Assembly: GCF_016127575.1 (NCBI RefSeq)
Contig: NZ_CP066018.1
Location: forward strand, 3,150,001-3,182,000
Origin: Cupriavidus necator
GTDB taxonomy: Bacteria > Pseudomonadota > Gammaproteobacteria > Burkholderiales > Burkholderiaceae
Direction: 5' to 3'
DNA length: 32,000 nt
The first letter of the stretch is position 1. Each line of letters begins with the position of its first letter. Made by a program: the position numbers and the translations under genes. Below are positions 16,854-24,618 of the stretch, in pieces. The notes below the pieces were generated by a model. That model was not told the DNA's origin. It saw nothing but the letters and a program-made list of their open reading frames with translations, and did no database searches.

Positions 16854-16882
16854 TTTTTCATTCTATGGAACGTTAGAATGAA
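16842..16882. promoter_or_regulatory. Nested inverted repeats at the arsR-rhodanese start (candidate autoregulatory operator)
   Basis: TTCATTCTA (16857-16865) and TAGAATGAA (16874-16882) are perfect 9-bp arms with an 8-nt spacer. TAACGTTC (16842-16849) and GAACGTTA (16868-16875) form a second, interleaved repeat. The region spans the ATG at 16853. Confidence 0.5.
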
Positions 16883-16960
16883 TGGCAAGCTCTGTGTGGA
16901 AGGAGCCTCTCTCTGGGAGGCTGTTTGACAGCGGTTGCCAGCGGTAGCTTCATGCCTCAG

Positions 16961-17308
16961 TCAGACCAGCACGTGACGTGTCTCTAGAAAGAAGCGCTGA
17001 ATCTCTTGTTCAATCTCCGGATCGATCATTCTGACCGGCCGGTTTCCGTTCGGGCAGGCAAGCCTTGGGGTCGTTCCAAACAAGCGACAAATCAACGGGC
17101 GCTCCGAATACACGCTGCATCCCTTGGTATCAAGGTGAGGGCAACTCAGGTTTGCCAGCGCCGTTTCGTGCTCGGCATCGCTTTTGACGGGAAGCCTCGA
17201 CATTTCCTCCGTTGAGGTTGTCACAGGACCACAACAGTCATGACATCCAGGGGTGCACTCAAATGTGGGAATTCGTGAGCGAAGAAATCTGATCTTTTGA
17301 CTATTCAT
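16961..17308 (-). CDS. YkgJ-family (UPF0153) cysteine-cluster protein
   Basis: The CxxxCxxCC motif (CTPGCHDCC) is followed by CPHLDTKGCSVYSERPLICRLFG, the typical second Cys cluster. By eye this gene has lower GC than its neighbours. Confidence 0.8.
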   Translation of the reverse strand: MNSQKIRFLRSRIPTFECTPGCHDCCGPVTTSTEEMSRLPVKSDAEHETALANLSCPHLDTKGCSVYSERPLICRLFGTTPRLACPNGNRPVRMIDPEIEQEIQRFFLETRHVLV

Positions 17309-17397
17309 TGGTGCGGTTATCAGAAAGTCGGTCAGGAGCTGGCCGAGGTAGGATGCGCGCTACATTCAACCCAACTGTGCGCCGCGATCTAGTTCAA

Positions 17398-17562
17398 CTA
17401 ACGTGCCCCCGGCGGTAGTCTGAGGAATTCCGACGCCTCTTGCATAGCGCTCTCGGCCAGCTCACGGGCTTCCTCGCCGCCGCCGGGCGTCATCAGGCCG
17501 GCCAGTGCTGCATAGAGCAAGTGGATCAGGTCCACGGCACGGTGATACTGTTCGTCGCTCAT
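17398..17562 (-). CDS. Speculative 54-aa ORF (not in the ORF track)
   Basis: Manual translation gives MSDEQYHRAVDLIHLLYAALAGLMTPGGGEEARELAESAMQEASEFLRLPPGAR. The ATG is preceded by gagggaaagag, which looks like an RBS. It fills the gap between the DUF1275 gene and ykgJ on the same strand. No family was recognised. Confidence 0.25.
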   Translation of the reverse strand: MSDEQYHRAVDLIHLLYAALAGLMTPGGGEEARELAESAMQEASEFLRLPPGAR

Positions 17563-17659
17563 CTCTTTCCCTCTACGAGGCCATCGAGCCGTGTCGTCAG
17601 CTCAGGCCGGGACCTTGCTGTGGGACTGGCCGATGGCCGCGCCTGATCGGGCCGCCGTT

Positions 17660-18820
17660 TCATGTGCCTCCCCGCCCAGACAGATGCTGCACAAGCCAGA
17701 TCATTGCCGACACCGCTGCACCGGCCCAGAGCGTCACGATCACCAGCGCCGCAACGTGGCTGACGGGGCGGTGGGCGGATGCCGCGGCCGCCGCGCGATG
17801 CTGGCGCATTACCGCGACCGGAATCCACCGTATTGCCAGCAACAAGCCCAGCGGCACCACCACCACGTCATCCAGATAGCCGAGCACCGGAATGAAATCG
17901 GGAAACAGGTCAATGGGCGACAAGGCATAGGCGGCGACCGGCAAGGCCAGTGCTTTCGCATACCATGGCGTGCGGGGATCTTGCGCGGCCAGCCACACGG
18001 CGTGCACATCTTCCTTGACTGCGCGAGCCCAACGCCGGGAACGTGCGATCAAATGAGCCAGAAGATCCCGGCGCCACAAATGCAGACGCACATCGTCCAG
18101 CACCGGAACCGCAGCGAGGGCAAGCAACAGGGTTGCCAGCGCAAGTGTGGCGCTGAACCCGACGTGCTTGAACCCCAGGGCGCCAATGACGCCGCCGGCA
18201 AAGAACAATACGACGAGTGTGATGAGTACCTGCAGCTTATGCCGATTGGCGAGCACCGGCGGCTTGCTCGAATCGGCCCTGGACAGGTTCCAATAGAACA
18301 GCTTGCCCAGTTCGATACCGATGTCGGTGACCATGCCGGTCACGTGCGTGGTGCGGATCTCGGCATTCGACAGCTTGGTGACCATGGCATTTTGCAAGCC
18401 CATGATGAAACAGAGCACCATGACTGTTGCCGGCACGAACAACCATTCGTGGTGTTCGAGATTGCTGCCTAGCAGGCCAAAACACACCAACAACAAGGCT
18501 TCCAGCATGAGCGGCAATGCGTATTCGCTATGCAGTCGCTCGCGCCGGGCCCAGTTGATCAGTACCGCTGAGCAGGCGGCGCCCGCCAGGAACGACAGCA
18601 AGGCCCCAAGGCCGTCCAACATCAGCCAGAAACTGCCAAGCGCCAGGTTGTCGGCCATGGCGGACACAACGCCCGACATGTGCGAGGTGTACTGCTGCAC
18701 GGCCAGGAAGCCGCCTGCGTTGGTTGCTCCGGCCACAAACGCCAGGTAGCAGGCCAGTTGCCGATTGCTGCCGGGACTGCGCTCCTTCCCAGTCAGCTTG
18801 CGCAAGTACAGGATAGGCAT
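17660..18820 (-). CDS. Membrane protein fusing a DUF1275 (YoaK-like) domain to a C-terminal DUF1232 (YkvA-like) domain
   Basis: The two DUF1275 half-repeats are AGATNAGGFLAVQQYTSHMSGVVSAMADNLALG and MGLQNAMVTKLSNAEIRTTHVTGMVTDIGIELG. The C-terminal DUF1232 motif is YALSPIDLFPDFIPVLGYLDDVVVVPLG. I chose the start at 18820 (MPILYL) because the track start at 18916 would overlap the upstream gene by 56 nt. No good RBS was seen. Confidence 0.8.
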   Translation of the reverse strand: MPILYLRKLTGKERSPGSNRQLACYLAFVAGATNAGGFLAVQQYTSHMSGVVSAMADNLALGSFWLMLDGLGALLSFLAGAACSAVLINWARRERLHSEYALPLMLEALLLVCFGLLGSNLEHHEWLFVPATVMVLCFIMGLQNAMVTKLSNAEIRTTHVTGMVTDIGIELGKLFYWNLSRADSSKPPVLANRHKLQVLITLVVLFFAGGVIGALGFKHVGFSATLALATLLLALAAVPVLDDVRLHLWRRDLLAHLIARSRRWARAVKEDVHAVWLAAQDPRTPWYAKALALPVAAYALSPIDLFPDFIPVLGYLDDVVVVPLGLLLAIRWIPVAVMRQHRAAAAASAHRPVSHVAALVIVTLWAGAAVSAMIWLVQHLSGRGGT

Positions 18821-18860
18821 GGTTGCGTTGGTAAGGAGGCTTGCGCGGGGGAGGGCGGTG

Positions 18861-19691
18861 TCAATACCGGAGCTGCGGTCTTGCCAGCTTCGACCAGGCC
18901 GCACGATCCGACGCAAGGCGCTCGCCGCGTTTCAGGCGGCGAGCGGCCGCGGTCAGGCTTAGCGAATGCGCGGTTTCCAGGATGCGCGCTCGTGCAATCA
19001 GCGCGTCCAGGGAGGGCAGCTTGTGCGCCCCCTTCCAGGCAAACAGCGTGTAGTTGGAACTGTCTTCGGAAAGAGAAATCGACATCGACTGGCCGAACGC
19101 GGTGCTGACTTCCTCCAGGTAAAGCGGGATATCGGGATCGCTTTCGAGAAAATTCGCGACCAGCACGCCGGTATCGGCCAGGCGGGCATGACAGGCGGCA
19201 TAGAAGTCTGCCGTCCCCAGCTGCACCGGCATGCCATCGGCCAGAAACCCGTCCACCAGGATCACGTCCGGTCGCGCATCCTGGTTCGCAACATAGTCGG
19301 CGCCATCTGCGCAAACCACCTCAAGTCGTTCGTCGTCCGGCGGGATCTGGAATTGCTCGCGCAGGGCGATGACCGCCGGATTAATTTCAATTGCCACGAT
19401 CTTGGTGTTGGGCAGATGCCGGTAGCAGTACTTGGCAAGCGAACCGCCACCCAGGCCGATCATTGAGATCCTGGCCGGGACTGGGTGCAACAACAGGAAT
19501 CCCATCATCGTCCGGGTATAGCCCAGCACGAGCTTGTCGGGATCCTTGCGCGACATGAAGCTCTGGGTCGCGAGCGCGTCGAAATGCAGGGACAGGGCGT
19601 GCTGGGTTTCCAACACCTTGGGCGTACCGTCGTGGCTCGCCTCGGCAAGGAACTTCAGGTAGGCGTCGAACGAGGTGCGGTCGGCATGCAT
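18861..19691 (-). CDS. Spermidine-synthase-like (class I methyltransferase fold) protein
   Basis: The Gly-rich nucleotide-binding motif is ISMIGLGGGSLAKY. The acidic motifs are VAIEINPAVI and DVILVDGF. The length (276 aa) and layout fit the aminopropyltransferase-like family. Confidence 0.8.
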   Translation of the reverse strand: MHADRTSFDAYLKFLAEASHDGTPKVLETQHALSLHFDALATQSFMSRKDPDKLVLGYTRTMMGFLLLHPVPARISMIGLGGGSLAKYCYRHLPNTKIVAIEINPAVIALREQFQIPPDDERLEVVCADGADYVANQDARPDVILVDGFLADGMPVQLGTADFYAACHARLADTGVLVANFLESDPDIPLYLEEVSTAFGQSMSISLSEDSSNYTLFAWKGAHKLPSLDALIARARILETAHSLSLTAAARRLKRGERLASDRAAWSKLARPQLRY

Positions 19692-19705
19692 AGCTCAGGA
19701 TTCCA

Positions 19706-19990
19706 TCAAAGCGCCTTGGGAAGCGCCTCTCCCCGCAACAATGCCGCGATGGTGACGACAGCGGCGGCTTCGTCCGCTCCGTCCGCCTGGATGCGGATGT
19801 GCGTTCCCACCCGGGCGGACAGGCGCATGACCTCCATCACGCGCTTGGCGTTTGCAACCCAGGGGCCACTGGTAAGCAGGATCTCGCACTCAAATTGATT
19901 GGCCGTGAAAGCCAGCCGTGCGGAATTCCGCCCTTGAAATGCATTCCCGGCAGTTACCGCTATCGTCACTTCTACCACTGCGCCCCTCAT
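19706..19990 (-). CDS. HPr-fold protein lacking both canonical phosphorylation sites
   Basis: The product aligns without gaps to E. coli HPr (recalled from memory) across EVTI...NAFQGRNSARLA...TSGPWVANAKRV...IQADGADE. His15 is replaced by Gln, Arg17 is kept, and Ser46 is replaced by Asn. The start at 19990 (MRGAVVEV) gives the HPr-like length of 94 aa. The alternative ATG at 20047 would add 19 residues. Confidence 0.7.
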   Translation of the reverse strand: MRGAVVEVTIAVTAGNAFQGRNSARLAFTANQFECEILLTSGPWVANAKRVMEVMRLSARVGTHIRIQADGADEAAAVVTIAALLRGEALPKAL

Positions 19991-20059
19991 CAAAAAGTTG
20001 TGCCCCCTGAAGACTCGTTTGCGCGGGACCGCGCGCCCTGCCAGCATCTACTAAGACAT

Positions 20060-20124
20060 GCCGGCGCATCTTGGAGATGTATACTATTATAATTCCATTA
20101 TTATATGATGACATTGTTAGACGC
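20060..20124. promoter_or_regulatory. AT-rich divergent promoter/operator region between the HPr-like operon and RHH gene 1
   Basis: This short AT-rich patch interrupts otherwise GC-rich DNA. TATAAT lies on the plus strand at 20088-20093. TATAAT lies on the minus strand at 20086-20091 and at 20100-20105. An imperfect inverted repeat, TATTATAAT-tcc-ATTATTATA (20085-20105), matches at 8 of 9 positions. Confidence 0.5.
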
Positions 20125-20328
20125 ATGGAATCCAAGACTGCCCGCCTGACCGTATTGATCGATCCGGAGAAGAAAAAGGCCTTTGAGGCGCTCTGCGCCG
20201 CCCAGGACCAGACGCCATCCCAAGTCGTTCGCCAGATGATTCGCGACTATTTGCAGCAGTACGAGGTGGACTACGCCACCCGGCCGACGCTTGGAGCGCC
20301 AAGGTCAGTGGCGAAGGAACGCGGGTGA
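20125..20328 (+). CDS. Ribbon-helix-helix (CopG/Arc-like) DNA-binding protein, paralog 1
   Basis: The N-terminus of the 67-aa product fits the RHH pattern of a beta strand followed by two helices: MESKTARLTVLIDPEKKKAFEALCAAQDQTPSQVVRQMIRDYL. It is about 66% identical over the first 50 residues to the ORF at 27602-27877. Confidence 0.75.
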   Translation: MESKTARLTVLIDPEKKKAFEALCAAQDQTPSQVVRQMIRDYLQQYEVDYATRPTLGAPRSVAKERG

Positions 20329-20346
20329 TGCAGGAAGGGGCCAGCC

Positions 20347-20382
20347 GGTGCCCACGCTCAGGTGCACACCTCAGGTGCACAC
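20347..20382. repeat. Short tandem direct repeats in the convergent gap between RHH gene 1 and the small-subunit gene
   Basis: CTCAGGTGCACAC is perfectly duplicated in tandem (20357-20369 and 20370-20382). A degenerate third copy, ggtgcccacgctca, starts at 20347. Each unit contains the palindrome GTGCAC. Confidence 0.7.
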
Positions 20383-20404
20383 CGCTGTTGCCAGGGCCGG
20401 ATCA

Positions 20405-20929
20405 CTAGCGTCTTGTGGCACCGGTCTGCCGGACGGCGCTTAGTATTGCGCGCAGGATCTCTATCGGCGGCGGTGGACAGCCCGGCACCGTTATGTCTAC
20501 CGGGATGACATTGGCGACGCGGCCGCAGCTCGCATAGCTCTCCCCGAAGATCCCGCCAGTACAGCCACAGTCGCCTATCGCCACCACCAGTTTCGGCTCC
20601 GGGGTTGCCGCATAGGTGCGCAGCAGGGCCTCTTCCATATGACGCGAAACGGGTCCCGTCACCAGGAGCATGTCGGCATGGCGCGGGCTTGCGACGAACT
20701 TGATGCCCAGGCCTTCGATGTTGTAGTAAGGATTGCCGAGTGCGTGGATTTCCAGTTCGCAGCCATTGCAGGAGCCTGCGTCGACCTGCCGGATCGTCAG
20801 CGCCTGCCCGAGAATGTCGAGCAGCTCCCGGTGGATGCGCTGGATGGAGGCGGCCTCGTCCGCCGCGCCGCGCGGAGCAGGCTCAGTAACGATGCCGGTA
20901 TGTGCGATCTGCCTGAGGATTTTCCACAT
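20405..20929 (-). CDS. NuoB/HycG/HyfI-like small subunit with [4Fe-4S] ligands retained
   Basis: The cluster-binding cysteines are present: DAGSCNGCE, IGDCGCTGG and VPGCPPPP. The ATG at 20927-20929 overlaps the large-subunit stop by 1 nt (TGATG), implying translational coupling. Confidence 0.9.
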   Translation of the reverse strand: MWKILRQIAHTGIVTEPAPRGAADEAASIQRIHRELLDILGQALTIRQVDAGSCNGCELEIHALGNPYYNIEGLGIKFVASPRHADMLLVTGPVSRHMEEALLRTYAATPEPKLVVAIGDCGCTGGIFGESYASCGRVANVIPVDITVPGCPPPPIEILRAILSAVRQTGATRR

Positions 20930-22479
20930 CAGAGATCGTGCCCCGAATAGCTGAGGTTGAAGGATTTGTTGATCAGCGGAAAGTCCGGCACGATGTTCCC
21001 GATGATGGCATGCTCCAGCACCGGCCAGTTCTGCCACGACGGGTCGTGGCAATGGCAGCGCAGAATGCGGCTGTCATCGGCAAGGTCGAGCGCGACCAGG
21101 ACTTCGCCACGCCAGCCCTCCACCCATCCGACCCCGATGGCGGCGCCGGCGGGCGCTTGCGGAACGATTCGCGTGGCACCCTCCGGCAGGCCTGCACAGA
21201 TGGCACGGATCAGTCGCAGCGACTCCAGCACCTCATCGAAGCGCACCGCCACCCGGGCGGCGACATCGCCGCCGCGGTGCGTGGCCATCTTCACGGCGAC
21301 GCTATCGTAGGGCCGCCAGGCATGGTCGCAGCGCAGGTCCGCGGCGCAACCGCTGGCACGTCCGGCCAGGCCGGTAAGCCCAAGCCGGGCGGCAAGCTGC
21401 GGCGTGACGCAGCCTGCTCCAAGAAATCGGTCCTGCAGGCCCGCATGTTCGTCGTACACCGCACGCAGCACGCGTACTTCCCGCTCGATGTGACCGCACT
21501 GCTGTTCCAGGCGCTCAGCCATGGCTGGTGCCAGGTCTTGCGCAACGCCGCCCGGTACCACGGCGTCCATCATCAGCCGGTGACCGAAAGCCTCTGCGGA
21601 CAACCGCTGCCAGTCTTCGCGCAGGCGCGAGAATTGCGCCAGGCCGAAGGCCAGCCCCGCGTCATTGCCCAGCGCCCCCAGGTCACCCAGGTGATTGGCC
21701 ACCCGCTCACGCTCGAGCATCAGGGCGCGCAGCCAGTCCGCCCGCGGTGGAGGCGCGCAGCGCCAGGCGGACTCCAGCGCCATGCAATAGGCCCAGGCAT
21801 AGGCCACGGTGGAATCGCCCGAGACCCGGCCGGCCAACCGGTAGCCCTCGGGCGGCGCCAGTTCGGTGAAACGCCGCTCGATGCCCTTGTGGGTGTAGCC
21901 CAGGTGTTCCTCCAGCCGCAGCACCTTCTCGCCGACCACCGAAAAGCGGAAGTGGCCGGGTTCGATGATGCCGGCATGCACCGGCCCGACCGCGATCTCG
22001 TGCACGCCGTCGCCCTCCACGCGCACGAAAGGATAGTTGGCAGGCAATATGCCGCCGGTGGCCGCACCCGCCGGCGCGCCGCCTTGCAGCGGCCGCGCCC
22101 CTGCCGGCCACAGGCCGTGGTCCAGCCAGGGCCGGCCATCGCGGCTGTCCTGCACGGGGATACCCACCAGGTCGGTCATGGCACGTTGCATCCGGCCCGC
22201 GCATGGGAATACGCCGGCCAGGTCCGGCACGGCGGGCGCGACGCCATCCAGTCGCAGTTCGAGCCACATCAGCCCCCGCGCCGCGGCGTATGTGACGCAT
22301 GCCGTCAACGTGCCGCCGATGGCACTCCGATCAACGCCCCACAGCGCAACGAGGCGCCCGCCAGCGTCCGCCACCGCGCGGGCCGTGACCGACCAGCCGT
22401 CTGGATCGACCCGGCCATGCCAGACTGGCAGCGGCGCGGGCAACCGCTCCAGGTTGAGGCCGGGATCGGACAGAGTCAT
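20929..22479 (-). CDS. HycE/HyfG-like (NuoC-NuoD fusion) large-subunit homolog lacking all four [NiFe]-binding cysteines
   Basis: The conserved core reads GPVHAGIIEPGHFRF...EEHLGYTHKGIE. Where group 4 hydrogenases have R-x-C-G-x-C-x-x-x-H, this protein reads RVSGDSTVAY (codons at 21811-21822 read TCG GGC GAT TCC = SGDS). Where they have D-P-C-x-x-C-x-x-R at the C-terminus, it reads NLSYSGHDL. The start at 22479 (MTLSDPG) has a GGGAG RBS and lies 4 nt after the hyfF-like stop. Confidence 0.9.
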   Translation of the reverse strand: MTLSDPGLNLERLPAPLPVWHGRVDPDGWSVTARAVADAGGRLVALWGVDRSAIGGTLTACVTYAAARGLMWLELRLDGVAPAVPDLAGVFPCAGRMQRAMTDLVGIPVQDSRDGRPWLDHGLWPAGARPLQGGAPAGAATGGILPANYPFVRVEGDGVHEIAVGPVHAGIIEPGHFRFSVVGEKVLRLEEHLGYTHKGIERRFTELAPPEGYRLAGRVSGDSTVAYAWAYCMALESAWRCAPPPRADWLRALMLERERVANHLGDLGALGNDAGLAFGLAQFSRLREDWQRLSAEAFGHRLMMDAVVPGGVAQDLAPAMAERLEQQCGHIEREVRVLRAVYDEHAGLQDRFLGAGCVTPQLAARLGLTGLAGRASGCAADLRCDHAWRPYDSVAVKMATHRGGDVAARVAVRFDEVLESLRLIRAICAGLPEGATRIVPQAPAGAAIGVGWVEGWRGEVLVALDLADDSRILRCHCHDPSWQNWPVLEHAIIGNIVPDFPLINKSFNLSYSGHDL

Positions 22480-22483
22480 CGGT

Positions 22484-23938
22484 TCAGCTCCCAAGCATTG
22501 CGGCTGCCTGCCGGTACCAGGTGTCGAGATAGGGCGGAACATAGAGGCCCAGCATCAGCCCCAGGGCGAGGTGCGTGAACACCGGGACCAGCGCTGGCGG
22601 ATGCGCCAGCGGCATGAGCGTGGTGTCGCCGAAGACCATCGGCTGCACCCGGCTGAACACCGCGGCGAACGCCAGCCCAAGTGCCAACAGCAGGAAGGGC
22701 GTGGCCCACGGCTGTTCGCGCATGGCGGTGGTGACGATCAGGAACTCGCTGGCAAAGACCCCGAACGGGGGCATGCCCAGGATGGCGAGCACTCCTACCA
22801 TCAGGCCCCAGCCGACCGTGGGACTGACACGGATCAACCCGCGAATATCGTCCATGACTTGCGTGCCCGCCTTCTGCGCGGCGTGGCCGACGGCGAAGAA
22901 GATCGCTGACTTGACCAGCGAATGCACCGTCATGTGCAGCAGGCCGGCATAGCTGGCGATCGGCCCGCCCATGCCGAAGGCGAAGGTCATCATGCCCATG
23001 TGCTCGATGGACGAATACGCGAACATGCGCTTGATGTCGCGTTGCCGGATCAGGAAGAAGACAGCCGCGACCACCGATAGCAGGCCGAACCCCATCATCA
23101 GGCGGCCGGTCAGATGGTTGCCAAGCGCCGCATCGGTCAGCACCTTGCAGCGCAGCACGGCATAGAGCGCCACATTGAGCAGCAGGCCGGAGAGCACGGC
23201 GGATACCGGGGTTGGCCCCTCGGCGTGGGCATCGGGCAGCCAGTTGTGCAGTGGGACCAGGCCGACCTTGGTGCCATAGCCGATAAACAGGAAGGCAAAC
23301 GCCAGCGTGATGATGTTGGGATCGAGCTGGCGCTTGACCGCGTCCAGGTTGGTCCACAGCAGGGCCCCGCCCTCCGGGCCGATGACCTGCTCGGCGGCCA
23401 TGTACAGCAGCACCGTACCGAACAGCGCCTGGGCAATCCCCACCCCGCACAGGATGAAGTACTTCCAGGCGGCCTCGAGGCTCGCGGCGGTGCGGTAGAC
23501 GCTGACCAGCAGCACCGTGGTCAGCGTGGCGGCCTCCATCGCAACCCACACGATACCCATATTGTTGGTCGTCAGCGCCAGCAGCATGGTGAAGGTGAAG
23601 AGCTGGTACATGCTGTGGTACAGACGCAGCCGCGGCGGCGTCATCTTGCCGTGGTCGTGCTCCACCCGCATGTACGGCCGCGAAAAAATCGAGGTGGTCA
23701 GCCCCACGAACGCGGTCAGCGCAACCAGGAAGACGTTCAGGGCATCGATGTAGAACTCCCGGTCCCATGCCAGCATGGGACCATCGGCGACGATTTGCGC
23801 CGTCAGCACGCAGGCGGCGAGGAATGTGCCCAGGCTGAAGGCGACATTGATGTCGCGGGCGCGCTCGCGATGTCCCGTCAGCGCCAGCACCAGCCCGCCG
23901 GCAAGCGGAAATCCAAGCAGAAAGGCCAGCGCGGTCAA
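22484..23938 (-). CDS. hyfF: HyfF-like (NuoN/Mrp antiporter-like) membrane subunit
   Basis: The 484-aa polytopic protein carries antiporter-like motifs (GYGTKVGLVPLHNWLPDAHAEGPTPVSA, MFAYSSIEHMG, HSLVKSAIFF). The TTG start at 23938 is supported by a strong AAGGAGGA RBS 6 nt upstream. Confidence 0.9.
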   Translation of the reverse strand: MTALAFLLGFPLAGGLVLALTGHRERARDINVAFSLGTFLAACVLTAQIVADGPMLAWDREFYIDALNVFLVALTAFVGLTTSIFSRPYMRVEHDHGKMTPPRLRLYHSMYQLFTFTMLLALTTNNMGIVWVAMEAATLTTVLLVSVYRTAASLEAAWKYFILCGVGIAQALFGTVLLYMAAEQVIGPEGGALLWTNLDAVKRQLDPNIITLAFAFLFIGYGTKVGLVPLHNWLPDAHAEGPTPVSAVLSGLLLNVALYAVLRCKVLTDAALGNHLTGRLMMGFGLLSVVAAVFFLIRQRDIKRMFAYSSIEHMGMMTFAFGMGGPIASYAGLLHMTVHSLVKSAIFFAVGHAAQKAGTQVMDDIRGLIRVSPTVGWGLMVGVLAILGMPPFGVFASEFLIVTTAMREQPWATPFLLLALGLAFAAVFSRVQPMVFGDTTLMPLAHPPALVPVFTHLALGLMLGLYVPPYLDTWYRQAAAMLGS

Positions 23939-23939
23939 C

Positions 23940-24599
23940 TCAATCCTCCTTCAGCTTCTCAAGGTGACGGATGTCCAGGCTGTCGAACTGCTCGCGGATC
24001 TGGAACATGAACACGCCCAGGATCAGCACGCCGATCAGCACATCCAGCGCGATGCCCAGCTCGACCACCATCGGCATGCCATAGGTCGCGGCGGTGGCCG
24101 CAAAGAAGAGGCCGTTCTCCATCGCCAGGAAGCCGATGACCTGCGGCACCGCCTTGGAGCGCGTGATCATCATCAGGAAGGACAGCAGCACGCAGGCCAG
24201 CGCAATGCCCAGCGTGCCGCTGGCGAGCTTCAGCGACAGCCGCGAGATCGGCATGGTGAGGTTGAAGGCGAAGATCACGACCAGGATGCCGATCAGCATC
24301 GTGGTGGGAATGTTGATCAGCGTCTCGACGTCCCTGCGGATCCGGAGACGATCGATCACGCGGTGCAGCAGATAAGGGATGAGCAACGCCTTGAGGATCG
24401 CGGTCAGGCCGGCCGACAGGTAGAGGTGCGGCTGGCCCGTCACGTAGCCGACGATAGCCGTGGCCAAGGCCAGGGTCGCACCCTGCAGCGTGAACAAGTT
24501 GATCAGCGACAGGATCCGTCGTTGCGAGATCATGGCGAAGGCGAGGATCAACAGCACCGCGCCGAGCAGGTTGACAAACTGGGTGAGGAGTACGGTCAC
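23940..24599 (-). CDS. hyfE: HyfE-like (NuoK-related) membrane subunit
   Basis: The 219-aa hydrophobic protein sits in the hyfE position between the hyfC-like and hyfF-like genes. It has a GTG start with a GGAGG RBS. Confidence 0.85.
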   Translation of the reverse strand: MTVLLTQFVNLLGAVLLILAFAMISQRRILSLINLFTLQGATLALATAIVGYVTGQPHLYLSAGLTAILKALLIPYLLHRVIDRLRIRRDVETLINIPTTMLIGILVVIFAFNLTMPISRLSLKLASGTLGIALACVLLSFLMMITRSKAVPQVIGFLAMENGLFFAATAATYGMPMVVELGIALDVLIGVLILGVFMFQIREQFDSLDIRHLEKLKED

Positions 24600-24618
24600 T
24601 GGACTGGCCTCCGGGGGT

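Noticed and set aside
20347-20382. Possible CRISPR-like or minisatellite array
   Set aside because: There are only two perfect 13-bp units plus one degenerate unit, directly abutting with no spacers. No cas genes are present. It is reported only as a short tandem repeat.
20938-22578. 546-aa plus-strand ORF, and other long plus-strand ORFs at 22037-22909, 23114-24010, 23775-24758, 24460-25545 and 25484-25963
   Set aside because: All are antisense to the hyf-like genes, which have clear family motifs. The translations are Arg/Gly/Gln/His-rich with no recognisable domains.
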